In this document: one piece after another, positions 36,861 through 50,119 of the stretch
Layout: every line of letters starts with the position of its first letter
How positions within the stretch are numbered: position 1 is the stretch's first letter
DNA from: Octopus sinensis
Taxonomy: Eukaryota
Direction of reading: 5' to 3'
Length of the DNA: 64,000 nt
NCBI RefSeq assembly: GCF_006345805.1
Contig: NC_043000.1
Span: 101,618,001-101,682,000, forward strand
Program-made: the position numbers and the translations under genes
Notes under the pieces: generated by a model
Databases searched by the model: none
What the model was told of the DNA's origin: nothing
What the model saw: only the letters and a program-made list of their open reading frames with translations

Positions 36861-39800
36861 GTATATACGTGCACACACAAAAATATACACATAGAGACAG
36901 ACTTTTATACTCTCATGCACAAACACACATATATGTACGAATAAATTCATACATATACATGTGTGTGTGTGTGTGTATCTTTATATGCATGTATATGTTT
37001 ATGTTTATATATATATATATCCCACCCATGCTAGCATGGAAGGTGGATGTTAAAGGATGATATATATATATATATATGGGTATATCTATATTTGTATTTA
37101 CATATATGTATATAAATATACATATGTATGTATGTTTGTGTGTATATGACACACACATGCACAAGCTCACACAGATATATATATATATATGTATATGTAA
37201 ATATATATATATTTATATGATTATGCGTATGTGTGTTGTTTTAAAAATAGGATACACCTTACTGCATTTTCCAACACACTAATTCAGAATAGCTCAGTTG
37301 TTAATAGCATTTGTGCATTTGTATTAATGATATTGTGACCTATGAATAGAATTTGCAACTACTTTAATGGCGTGTGCAAAAGTTTATCAGGCTGCATGTA
37401 AACTTGCATGTGTACATGTATGTGTGAGCAAGGGAGATTGTAGAAAAAGAGAGGGGAAACAGTAAGAGTGAGAGTGGAAAGAAGATTGAAAGAGAGAGAT
37501 TAGACAGAGACACAAAAAATGCAATGCTTCCATTTTACATAATACTTATTTCATTGTACCAGCTGGCTTTTCTCATCTGTAAGACATAGATGATTGAGAG
37601 AATATTTTGAATCAACCTTCACCATAAACATGCTGGATACACTATGCTTTTGGACTGATCTGTAAGCAAGCTGTGTGTTCTGTTGAGCAGTATTTGGTTT
37701 CTTCAGATACAAAGTTGCAGTCAGAACGTGTTGTATTTTATTTATTATCCAGTTTGGTAATGGTATAATGGTTTAGTCTAATAATAGGGGGGTTTAAAAC
37801 TGATCTTCCTGCATCTTTGTTTTTATTCCTTGTACAGTTTTCTTCTTTCTATATTACTAAAGCTGGAATAAACCAAGCGAACAAACTTTGTAATTCTCCT
37901 GCCCTCTTCTTCTGTTTCATAAATATGATCATTTGTAAATTTTGTGAGACTGAAGGCAATTCTTTTTCTTGATTTGCTTAAATCAAAGAACTTTTCTTTC
38001 TTTTGTCTTCAGTGTGATTTATTGTAATGCCTCTCATGCATATGACAATCCTATCTTTTGGATCACAAATATATTCTGTTCCAAATTATATCTTCTGTAA
38101 GCTATTTTATTTTAATGGGAACTGCTGCAGAGCATATGTTTAAATCTTTCTCTTCATTCTTGTGTCTTAAGCGTGTTCACATCTGAGATAAATTTACCAG
38201 AAATGAAATATATTTTTGGATTTTCTTTTATAATCAGTGCAATAACTGGTTTCCTGTTTGTTCTTCATAATCAATACAATTGTAAGACTATGCATTATAG
38301 TACATTTTTAACCCTGGCAGGCTGTATTCCAAGTATATCAGGAATTTCAGATGTGACATCTGCCAAATTAGCAGCATAACAGGAATGGAGAAACCCCATA
38401 TTAAAACTAGGTCAAACTAAAATTTAATCAGTCAATGAAAACAAAGATTAGTTTGTTTACAATGTCTGCTTGAAGATAAAGTGTTCATTTAAATTTGCTT
38501 TTTAAATTAAATTTATTTCTATTTTACCATGACATGAAACCCACCACAGTTAGTTATGTCTGGAGTGGGAAGGCAAAGACATAGAATATTCACAATTGCA
38601 GAAGTATTGTGGAATTAAAATATTCTGATGAGGATGAATGAAAACTTGATGAAATATATCTCATATGCAATTTAAAATTAGTCGACAATTATGAAAGTTT
38701 TGAAGCTGAAGATAAAATGGAAGATGTTCATATTTCACCAACTGAAAATGAAAACAATATACCACAACAAAAACAAAAAATAAAAGAAACCCACCAAAGC
38801 TCAGTAGTAGAATTAGACTAAAAACTTGTCAGTTTTAAGTAAGTCCCTAAGTTTTTCAATGTTTCTATCCAATTGTCTTCAGTTGTCTTCATTGGTTATG
38901 GAGCTCAGATTCTTACATGGTTATATCCCCTTCGACCACAACTGTCATGGTTAAAACAATTGCAATAGGAATCATAAACCATAGTACTGCAGAAGCCAAT
39001 AAAAGTTATTGTACATTGATTCGCTGAATTGCAAGAAAGATTATAAAATGCAAACAGAAAATAGACTTGGAAAATTTTATCAAAACCTGAATGATGAAAT
39101 AAATGAAAGATATTTTTGTTGTTTAGTCTCAGTTTAGTCCAGATCTAGTGTCCTTACTGGCAATTCCTTGTAGGTCAAAGTCGATTGTCTGCTAGACTGA
39201 ATTTCTGTGGATTTGCATGTGGTCATGTTGGCCAATGAGAAGCCTACAAATTTGTTTGCAGATCAGACATGCGTTTTCCCATGAGAGTAGAGATGTCATA
39301 TTGGTTACTTTGCACTGCTTAGATTTTACACTCATTGAAATCTGTAACTTATACTGTGTCAAAGCAGTGAGTTTCATCATAGATGACCCTTCTCCACTAT
39401 GTTGGCTCTTTGCCTGTGACCCCCACCCAGGCATGGTGATGCCAAAGCTTTTAGATTTCCCTTAAATATATTTTCAACAGCTTACTTTGCTTTACTCATA
39501 TGCACTTTCTTTCATTTAGCACAGAGTGAAACAATTGTTTGGGCAAACAAGGGCATCCAACCATAGAAACCATGCCAAAACAGACATGAAGCCTGGGCAG
39601 TTATTCAGCTGGCCACCACTTGTCAAACTACCCAACCCATGCCAGCATGGAAAACAGACATTAAATAATGATGATGATGATGGTCAGTTCATTGATGCTG
39701 ATATCAGGTTTCCTGTTTTTCAGTTAATGTTATGAAAGCACTCACATCGGAACAGAGCTGTTATATTAATCTTTGTTTTTATGTTGAATTATAATAAAAA

Positions 39801-40339
39801 CAATTTTACATTAATTTGATGGCTTACTCTATAATTTCACAGAGTACAAATTTACTATTCTTAAACACAAATATTATTGACAGTGACTTCAAAGTTTTGG
39901 CCTGCTAAACCATCATCATGAGACTGTGGTGCATTGAAGTTAATCTTGGCTCTATATTGTCTCTGTTCAGTTAAAATAATGCATCACAATCCGACGGTGG
40001 CTTAGCTGGTCAAAATTTCAAATTCCCTGTCAATAATAATCTTGTTAAAGAATAATAATAAATTTATTATTTATTATTATAAATAATAATAAATTATTAT
40101 AATTATTTATAATTATATGCATGGTGTTCTTGAGCAAAGCACTTCATTTCACATTGCTCCAGCCCACTCAGCTGGCAAATGTGAGTAATTCTGTAATGGA
40201 CCGCCATCCCATCCAGTGGGGAAATATATACACCAGAAAATTTAGGAAAACATTCTCATGAGCTGATGGCTTGGGAAGGGCCTTTGATCCTTTTGATATA
40301 ATAGTATATAAAATGTGTGTGTGTGTGCATACATGTATT

Positions 40340-40565
40340 CTTTTTCTTTTATTCTTTTATTTGTTTCAGTCATTTGGCTATGGCCATGCTGGAGCACCAC
40401 CTTAAAGGGTTTTAGTTGAACAAATCGACCCCCAGGACTTATTCTTTGTAAGCCTAGTACTTATTCTATCAGTCTCTTTTGCTGAACTGCTAAGTTACAG
40501 GGACGTAAACACACTAGTATTGGTTGTCAAGCGATGGTGGGGGGACAAACACAGGCGCAGACACA
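40340..40565 (-). mobile_element. SINE family C, 3' half
   Basis: ttgtttcagtcatttggctatggccatgctggagcacc...ggggggacaaacacag. Confidence 0.8.
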
Positions 40566-41589
40566 CAGATATAAATAACAATATAATTTTTAAAAAACTA
40601 AAAAAAAATTTTTTTTTAATTTTTAAAAATTAAAAAAAATTTTTATATTTAAAAATTTTTTTTATTTTGAAAAGTTTTTAATCATTATCATCATCATCAT
40701 CATCTCCATTATTATCATTATATACATATATATTTATTTATTTATATCTGTGTGTCTGTGTCTGGCATCTTGGGCAAGTGTCACCCCAAGGTTGTAGTAG
40801 AAGACACTTGCCCAAGATGCCCTGCAGTGGGACTGAACTCAAAACCATGTTGTTGGAAAGCAAGTGTCTTACCACACAACCACATCTCCATGTGTGTGTT
40901 TCTTATGGCCTCCTACACAGATCCCATCTACCATTTTAAGACTGAATGTTGTGTGACATCTAATACAGGCTCAGATTCCCTTACATGTGAGAATAATTAG
41001 GTTGATGAAAACTACAGAAGATAACAACATATGCAAACACACTCATACACCTGAAGCAAGCTTCTTCACCATACACTCATCCACACCTGATGGGAATTTT
41101 GATTGACTTCTGATTTTTTTGGTCATTCAAAATTTCAAACGGGCATAGTTTTATAAACAAATGTCAACCTGTTTTCTTCAATATAAACTGCTTTGCTGAT
41201 ATTAAATTCTAAATTAAAAAACAAAAAAAAAACAAAAGATCCAGAATGCGAAATCAAACATGAATCGAAATTTAATTATGAACCAAACCATAATTTAGTA
41301 TATCAACATCATCATCATCATCATTGTCATAGCATCACCATGACTATCATCATCATCACAATAGTCATCGTCATCAATACCACCACCACCATCATCATCA
41401 TCATCATTGTTGTTGTTTTCACCATCATCATTTTCAACATCATAACCATGACCACCATCAATGTCATCATCACCATTGTTGTGTCATTGTTATTGTCACT
41501 GTTGCCATCACTATCGTAACCATCATTGTCATCATCATCATCATCTCCATTATCTCCTTCAGTGTCACTTAGGCAGGTGAGAAACAACT

Positions 41590-41985
41590 CTTTTACTTGT
41601 TTCAGTTATTTGACTGTGGCCATGCTGGAACACCGCCTTTAGTCGAGCAAATCAACCCCAGGACTTATTCTTTATAAACCTAGTACTTATTCTATCAGTC
41701 TCTTTTGCCGAACCACTAAGTTACAGGGACGTAAAGACACCAACATTGGTTGTTGAGCGATGTTGGGGGGACAAACACAGACACACAAACATATACACGC
41801 ACATATATATACTTATATACGATGGGCTTCTTTCAGTTACCATCTACCAAATCCACTCACAAGGCTTTGGTCGGCCTGAGGCCATAGTAGATGACACTTG
41901 CCCAAGATGCCATGCAATGGGACTGAACCCGGAACTATGTTGTTGGTAAGCAAGCTACTTACCACACAACCACTCCTACGCCTAT
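41590..41985 (-). mobile_element. Full-length SINE family C
   Basis: complete head-to-tail match to 26770-27190. Confidence 0.9.
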
Positions 41986-42045
41986 GAAAGGTAACTGGTG
42001 AAGTTATCCTTTAGGTCATATCAGAGATATGACTTAAATGCTTGC

Positions 42046-42177
42046 AGTAGAGTAGAGGACAACTACAGACTCCCAGTGTATCAAGCAGCAGCGTTAAATC
42101 AGTTGATGGACAAATCTACCATGGGTTAGACCCATATGTACCTATAAATTTACTTAATGCATGTCATGGTCCTTCGT
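42046..42177. repeat. 132-bp inverted repeat, arm 1 (arm 2 at 43337-43468)
   Basis: reverse complement of 43337-43468 with 2 mismatches. Confidence 0.95.
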
Positions 42178-43336
42178 CATCTACATTGGTGATCTAGAAA
42201 TGAGACACATGCTACTTCTGGCATTTTCTTTGGTCTTTTCCAGTTAAAAAAGCTGAATCAAGATTTAATTATAAAAATGTAATTAAAATTAAGATGTGTG
42301 ATAGTGTTCCGCCTTGACATTGTAGTTGTCATCATCATTGATGTCATCCTCCTCCCCTCCTCCACCTCATCATTATAACATCTAATTCCACATGCTTGTG
42401 TAAGCTTATCGTCAACCCTTACCTGTTTCCAGGTAAGGTAAATATTTCCCCTGGCTAGATATATTTTCATAGAACATTGGACATGAACATTGACATCTGC
42501 AAATTAAAATCTTTTACCCGCTAAACAGAGCATTGCCTATGGCTTTGTTAATTTCATATTGTAAATTATCGATCTTTTACACTTGGTAGTTGTGAAAGCT
42601 AAGTTAGTCATTCAAAAAAACATGCAAAAACTGTCAACTTCACTGAAACAATTATTTGTTACCAAACAGTTTTGTCAGTGATCAGGTTGCAGTTCATGTG
42701 ATGAAAGTTTTGACACCAAATCACAAATAATAAATGCTTAATTATTTAGTATTTAAATTGGTCATATCCTGCCAAAATATCCTAACTGTTTCATGTTTAA
42801 GACAAGTCAAATCCAACCTCTCACAACTACACTACAATGCCAGTCTGAAAATAAACAATGAGATCATCAAAATCTCCAGGCTACAAGATAGTGAACAATT
42901 AATTCAAAACCATCTGAATAAGTAAGCATTACATTTGACAGAGTAATCTACATGCGAGTGTCAAGTGAAGTTAATTGGCTTACTGTGTTTTTCAATGGAT
43001 CTCATGTGTCTTCTATGCTACAGTAATTTTAGTTTCAACTCACACCTCACATCAAATCACTTGCCTGGCAAATACACCTCTGAAAAGCTAAGTTAGTTTG
43101 ATTGAAACTCTTCTCCTAGATATTGTCTTCCACAACAAAATACATGGAGAAAATTCAGTGAGCTTTTACCTCTGTTGACTATGAAAGTTTTCTTTCTCCA
43201 AGTGAGAGGAAGATTGTACAATGCATGTACATGACAGAAATTCTACATGGTAGTGAGACATGGGCCCTGAATACAGAGGGCATATGAAGGTTAGAGAGGA
43301 ACGAGGCTAGCGTGTAGAGTAAGTGTTTGTGTTCAA

Positions 43337-43468
43337 ACGAAGGACCATGATATGCATTAAGTAAATTTATAGGTACATATGGGTCTAACCCATGGTAGAT
43401 TTGTCCATCAACTGATTTAACACTGCTGCTTGATACACTGGGAGTCTGTAGTTGTCCTCTACTCTACT
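43337..43468. repeat. 132-bp inverted repeat, arm 2, inside the RTE fragment
   Basis: interrupts the RTE reading at acga. Confidence 0.95.
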
Positions 43469-43750
43469 TGTATTGAGAGAGAAGTGTAAGAGAAACTGGA
43501 TGCATTGTGCAAGAGAGAAGATTATGCTAGTTTGGTCACGTGATGCAAATAGATGCCAACAACTCCATAAAGAAATGCTGATCTCTCAAAGTAGATGAAA
43601 CACACGGAAGAGGGAGACCCAAGAAGACATGGGATGAAGTACTGAAGGATGAGCTCAGGATGCTGACAAAGGACTGAGATATTTGGCACCTTGCTGTACT
43701 CAAGAAGACTCATACTTCACAGCAGAAGTGTTAAGGCCACTGCCCCTGGT

Positions 43751-44054
43751 TGTTTATTCCTTCTCGAGCCGTGTCTGGCTAATAAGGGCCGGTTTCCCGG
43801 TTTTCTTGGTGTATAGGTTCCCCACCTGGACGGGACGCTGGTCCATCGCAGGTGAGCTGCAAGATGCAGGAAGAAAGAGTGAGAAAAAGTTGTGGTGAAA
43901 GCATCAGCAGAAGTTCGCTATTACCTTCTGCCAGAGCCGCGTGGAGCTTAGGTGTTTCGCTCATAAACACACACATTGCCTGGTCTGAGATTCGAACCCA
44001 CGATCCCTCGACCACGAGTCCGCTGCTCTAACCAGTAGGCCATGTGTCTCCACA
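43751..44054 (-). mobile_element. Young tRNA-SINE with 13-bp TSD
   Basis: TSD cactgcccctggt at 43738-43750 and 44055-44067; A box tggcctactgg, B box gttcgaatc; CpG-rich. Confidence 0.9.
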
Positions 44055-44745
44055 CACTGCCCCTGGTGAAGAGTATTGACCTGCAAGGGTCCTGTACTGG
44101 TGCCATGTAAAAGCACTCAGCGCATTCTGTAAAGCGGTTGACATTAGAAAGAGCATTCATCCGCAGAAACTATGCCAAATCAGACTGGAACCTGGTGCAG
44201 CTTTTCCACTTGCCAACTCTGGTCAAATCGTCCAACCCATGTTAACATAGATAACAGATGTTAAATAATGATGATATACTGTGGCTGTGTAGTAAAATCA
44301 CATGATGACATTACTTTGAAGAATTCACCCATCATTAGCAACAGAGATTCATTTACCAGGATGATCTTCAGGAGTGGAAAAAAAATATCTATGTGTATCA
44401 CATTTCTGCCATTGTACAAAGCCTTTACATCATTGCTTGAACTGCTAGAAGCAGCAACCACATCACTTTTAAATCACATCCTACAGTCTTAAAAAAGGAA
44501 GATCACTGTACTTGCTGTTGCCATTGCCAAATATTATGATGTATAAGAGCTTGTGTATACTCCATTCTTTCTATGTATTCTGCATTCAATGTTGTTTCCC
44601 AAACCACACCAGTCAGGGACTCTCAATTTCAAAGATGGCCACACATGTCCACACACATATACATTACTTATAGTATATGTAATATGCATACACATACACA
44701 CATATATATATTATATTATATATATATATATATTATATATATATA

Positions 44746-44795
<50 letters not shown>

Positions 44796-45949
44796 TATAT
44801 ATATATATGCACACATGCCTACACATATAAATATATGTATTTACATTTATACATACATATACATACATGCACACATACATATGCATAATTATACTCACAC
44901 ATACACACTCAAACACCCACACACTTATATTATTATTTGCATGTATTACATATATGCTTTCCTTCCTCTTTATGATACACTTTAGGTTTCCCTTTAACAT
45001 CATAATTTTCACAAAGATTGTAAAAAGACAACATTGATTTCCTCTTAAATCTCGACTTTATTCCAATTAAAACTCTTAAAATATAGATTTATTTTGATGC
45101 TGTTTTAATATTTCTTTATATTTTATTTCCGTTTTCATTTTCTCTATCCTGTTTCATTTGATTTTATTCCAATTTTTCTTGTTTTATTTTGCTTTTTTGT
45201 CTTCATGAAACCCCTGTTTTCGTTTTTTTATGTTTTTCGTTTTTTTTTTTATTTTCTCACTTTGTTACAAGTCATTTTTGGATAATTTTCTCTAACTTAA
45301 TTTCAAACTTCAAGGAGGCAAACATTTCGCACAGCTATAACATCGAACCTGGAAATAATTACATTTCTCTGAAAATTGGATTAAATATTAGGAGGTATTA
45401 AAATAATAATAATAATAAAAATAATGATAATAATAATATCATATAGTTTTCAGTGAGTGTAAATATATTTAGAAGTGATATATGACAAACATTTGAGTCC
45501 CTGAATACTCTGCAATTGGTTTTGGAAGATTTGTATAAGAGAAATATTTCAATGAATTTAATGTACAAATATTAGATATTGTCTTATATGCAGTTACTGA
45601 ACTAGAAGAAGGAATCTGAAGCCAAAAGTCTTATAGAATAAATATTGGTGGATTCTTTGAGAAATCAATGAAAGTTGTTTTGGAAGTCCAATAGCTGTGA
45701 AGAAAGAGATAGATTTTTATATTTGGAGAATATATATAATCACTTGAAATTAGTGTTGTTAACAAAAACAAAAATAAGACAAACAAACGTTTTATTGGAT
45801 CTCTATATATTTGCATTCATGATGTGTGTATATACTTGTGTCTGCTTCTGCATGGAAATGAAACTCAAATATGTATGTATACATGTCTATAAGTGTGTGT
45901 GCATATGCATGTGTATGTATATATATATACACACACACATATATATCAT

Positions 45950-46275
45950 TATCATCATCATCGTTTAACGTCCGTTTTCCATACTAGCATGGGTTGGACG
46001 GTTCGACCGGTGTCTGGGAAGCCACAAGGCTACACCAGGCTCCAGTCTGATCTGGCAGTGTTTCTACAGCTGGATGCCCTTCCTAATGCCAACCACTCCA
46101 TGAGTGTAGTGGGTGCTTTTTATGTGCCACTGGCACAGGTGCCAGGGGAGGCTGGCAGTGGCCACAGTCAGTTGGTGCTTTTTACGTACCACCAGCATGG
46201 AAGCCAGTCAAGGTGACGCTGGCCTTGGACATGTTCGGATGGTGCTTTTTACGTGCCACTGGCACAGGTATCACA
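45950..46275 (-). mobile_element. RTE 3' UTR/tail with subrepeats
   Basis: (CAT)n-cgtttaacgtccgttttccatactagcatgggttgg... plus gtgctttttacgtgccac repeats. Confidence 0.8.
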
Positions 46276-46290
46276 ACTACAATTTCTCTC

Positions 46291-46321
<31 letters not shown>

Positions 46322-46578
46322 ATGAGCTATATATGTATAGTTACATATACATATATATCTACGTATATGTATGGTTACATGTACATATCTATCCATCTGT
46401 TTGTCTCCCTGTCTATCTATCTATCCATCTATCTATCCATCTATCATTCTATATATCATCACCATCATTATCATTTAATGCTCGTCTTCCATGCTGGCTT
46501 AGATTGGGCAGTTTGATAGCTGTTGGCAAGCCAGAGGACTACACCAAGCTCTACTGTCTGTACACACACATATACATA

Positions 46579-47444
46579 TTATAACAGAAAGGCCTCGATT
46601 TCTAGTATTCTGAGAAGTTCATTTCCAACCATCAGCTTGTAAACTGAGCCTGGTTTGCTTTTGAATATTCACTGTCTGAATATTTTTTGAAATATAAAAT
46701 GAAAGTTTAAAGAAAATGCTTATCCTTATTGTGTCTGGAGGAGGGTCATTCTCTTTTAGTGTCTTATTAATTTAACACACTCACTGGTCCGATTTACACT
46801 CATTTACTTATTTATTTTTACTAAAATTTTCGTTGTGCCTTGCAACCTTTTCAATAATCATCGACTGTATGTTCTTTAATTTAAAACCTTTGTCAATGAC
46901 ACATGTGAAAATGGTTGCTTCAAGCTCACGCTTTTAGTTTTCATTTCTGTTTCTATTGATGATATTATTATGAAAATGCCATGAACTCCATACAAATTAA
47001 AGTCATGAAATTGCATTTCTGTTTAAACAATGTTTCAAAATAATACTTTTAATTAATATGTTTAATTAATGCTTTTAAAAACAATGAGTGTATATGTGGG
47101 TTATTAAAAGGATTAATTAAAAGCATTAGTTTGGAACAGTGCTTAAACAACAACCCAATTTCATGTCTTTGCTTGTATAGAGTTTATGACATTTATTATA
47201 ACACTACAAGAACCAGAAGTGAAATCAGATACTTGAGCTCAAAGCAGCTGTTTTTGCATGCATCATTCACAAAGGATTTGAAATGAAAGGACATAAGGAT
47301 AAGCATTTCCTTCAGACATTCATTTCATATTTCCAAAAATATTCAGACAGTGGATATTCAAAAGAAAACCAAGCTCAGTTTACAAACTGATGGTCAGGAA
47401 ATGAACAACTCTGGGTACCAGAAATTGGTGCCTTTCAGTTATAA
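46579..47444. repeat. Long degenerate foldback palindrome with a ~150-bp insert in the left arm
   Basis: ttataacagaaagg / cctttcagttataa termini; arms align inward to a ~35-bp spacer near 47070-47103; insert at ~46731-46870 has TA flanks and a TA-CAGT end. Confidence 0.85.
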
Positions 47445-47454
47445 TGCATTAAAG

Positions 47455-47645
47455 CAGGAGTCTCCAAAGTGGTCGATATCGACCCTTGGGGAGCGGGGAT
47501 CGATGGGACTATTCAAGGGGTCAATAAATGTACATCTAGTTAATTATTATTATTTATTTATTTTCTTGTACATGCCTGGGGGTTGATGAGGAGGTTAAGG
47601 ATTCCATGAAGGGGGTTGATGATCTAAAAAGTTTGGGGACCCCTG
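47455..47645. mobile_element. hAT (Charlie-like) MITE
   Basis: TIRs caggagtctccaaa / tttggggacccctg; TSD not recovered. Confidence 0.6.
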
Positions 47646-48084
47646 TATCGAAGAATACTCTCCATCTGTATTGAGTCTTAGAATTTATTATTTCTGGTGA
47701 ATCAACAAAGCTACTGTTATTCCTAGTTCCATCAGAAGCATAGCACAGTGAAAGTAAGAAGAGAAAAGAGTAATCAAGCGATGAATAATAAAGGCAATAG
47801 AAAGATAGGTACCAGTTGCATGTACGACAGATGTGTGAGTGATAAGGGAGGGTGAGCATACATGTTCTTATGTACATATACCCAAAGGTATAAGCCTTTA
47901 TAGACATAAAAACACACACATACATATGCATGTGGAGATTGCTCCATCATCACAGATGACTGCCGTCTCCTTGTGCTTCCTCATTGTCAATGGCATTTTT
48001 GACTTTCCATCTATGACCATTCAGATGACTATTCAGTCCCATTGCAGATCTGCATGGTTTGAAGTATCTTCTTTTCTTTGTGCC

Positions 48085-48330
48085 CTTTTGAAGCCTAACC
48101 AAGCTCATGGGCCCAGTTTCCTGGTTTCAATGGCGTATGTGTTCCCCAGCTGGACGGGATGTCAGTCCATCGCAGCATTACTCCTTTTTGCCAGCTGAGT
48201 GGACTGGAGCAACGTGAAATGAAGTGCTTTGCTCAAGAACACAACACATCACCCGGCCCAGGAATCAAAACCACAATCTTACAATCATGATGCTGACACC
48301 CTAACCACTAAGCCACGCACCTCCACGGCT
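48085..48330 (-). mobile_element. SINE family B
   Basis: opposite-strand homolog of 6701-6950. Confidence 0.85.
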
Positions 48331-48409
48331 TGAAATATAGGGGATAAACAAGTTATAACTTACTGTGTGCTTCCAACTGGTCAGATTTGCACATACTGCT
48401 ACTCACACA

Positions 48410-48830
48410 TGAGTCATTTACTTGTTTCAGTCATTAGAATGTGGCCATGCTGGGGCACCCCCTTGAAGCATTTTAGGTGAATGAATCAACCCCAGTGCTT
48501 ATTTTATCTTAAGTCTGGTACTAATTCTATCAGTCTCTTTTGATAAACCACTAAGTTATGGGGATGTAAACTCACCAAAATCAGTTGTCAAGTGGGGTGG
48601 AGTCAAATACAAGCACACACAGTGGGGTGGAGTCAAATACAAGCACACACACACATACACACACTCACACACATATTGCAGGCTTCTTTCAGTTTCTATC
48701 TACAATATCCACTCACAAGGTTTTTGTTGTTTCAGGGCTATAGTAAGAGACACTGCCCAAGGTGCCATGCAATGGGATTGAACCTAGAACCATGTAATTA
48801 GGAATCAAATTTCTTACCACAACTTTCTAT
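48410..48830 (-). mobile_element. SINE family C with an internal ~29-bp tandem duplication
   Basis: gtggggtggagtcaaatacaagcacacaca twice at ~48592-48650. Confidence 0.8.
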
Positions 48831-49494
48831 GACATAACTGCAGTATGAAATCCTTCCTCCCCACTTTACTCCTCCTACCTTTAACACTAATATTTTTCCC
48901 TCTCTTTCTTTCTACCTGACACTAAGCCAATTTTCTCACACCTCATCTCTCTCACCACATAACTCTCTCTCCCTCTGTCTCAGTCTCTCCTAACCCATGC
49001 AGTGACAACTCACCGATCATTCCACTCCACTGCTTCTTGTCTCTCCCTGTCTATTTGTTTTTATCCTGCTTTCTATTCTAAAACGACAGACACTCATCTC
49101 TTTTCCCCAAAGCAGGGCTTTCTCTGAACCCGAAATGTTGGAAACCACCCCTTACATAACTGCATACCAACTTAGGTAATTTTTTATGCATGCATGTATT
49201 GTAATCATGAAAAGTAATTGTAAATAGAAAGCGAGAAATTTAGAGAAATGAAATATAATTGAATGTAATAAATAACCTCCATTATATTAATGAGATAAAC
49301 AATGTAGAAGATGTAGCTAATGGTGCCAAAGTATAAGGGAACCATAATTCTTATACTAAAGCACATTAGTAAATATTAGCAATGTATTGTTTATTCAATT
49401 TCTCAGTCTCTCTCTCTCTCTCACGTTAATTCTCTCTCTTTCTTATATATATGTATATCTATTGATCTGTGTGTATGTATGTATGTATATTTAT

Positions 49495-49805
49495 CATCAT
49501 AATCATCATCATCATCATCCTTTAATGTGTGTTTTCCATGCTGGCATGGTTTTGATGGTTTGTCCAGAGCTGGCAAGTTGGAGAGCTGCACCAGGTTCTG
49601 GTCTGATCTGGCTTCATTTCTATGGTTGGACACTCTTCCTAATGTCAACCGCTTTACAATGTGTGCTGGGTACTTTTAACAGGGCATCAGCATGAGTGCT
49701 TTTATGTGGCACCAGCACTAGTGCTTTTTACATGGCACTGACATTGCAGGCCAATCTTTTTCATCAGAGGGAGTGGCCTTAACACTTCTGCTGTGGAGGA
49801 TGGGT
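49495..49805 (-). mobile_element. RTE 3' UTR/tail
   Basis: homologous to 43715-43750 plus 44055-44275 (cacagcagaagtgttaaggccact). Confidence 0.75.
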
Positions 49806-50119
49806 CTTCTTATATATATATTTATTTATTCTTTTTTATTATATATATATATATATATATTAAAGTAAAAAATTTCATGCCTGAGGACAAAATTAACTCT
49901 TCACCTCTTGGAGGTGGAAAGTTGTTGTAATCAATAGTAATAGGTCATTGGAGAATAAATGGGCTGGGAAGTGAGGATGGGTTTTCTCTTCTAGACCAGC
50001 TGTTTGGAAAATAAGGTATCTATCCTTTCAAATGGACCATAAGGACTCTTCTGAGCTTAGCCAGTGAATGGGGAGTCCCATGATTGGCAGCAGGTAGCAT
50101 TTGAAATGGATGCATGATG

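Larger units (their letters stand above)
43130..44275 (+). mobile_element. Decayed RTE 3' part (post-RT ORF, 3' UTR, tail) carrying two insertions
   Basis: LHGSETWA, ERNEAS, FGHVMQ, GRPKKTWDEV-like segments, then the RTE 3' UTR and tail. Confidence 0.75.

Noticed and set aside
40575-40680. Irregular A/T-only tract
   Set aside because: Looks like low-quality consensus of a (TA)n or homopolymer region rather than a biological structure.
49770-49800. CTGATGA motif on the minus strand as a hammerhead core
   Set aside because: It is part of the RTE 3' UTR (homolog at 43715-44075) and is not followed by helix II and GAAA.
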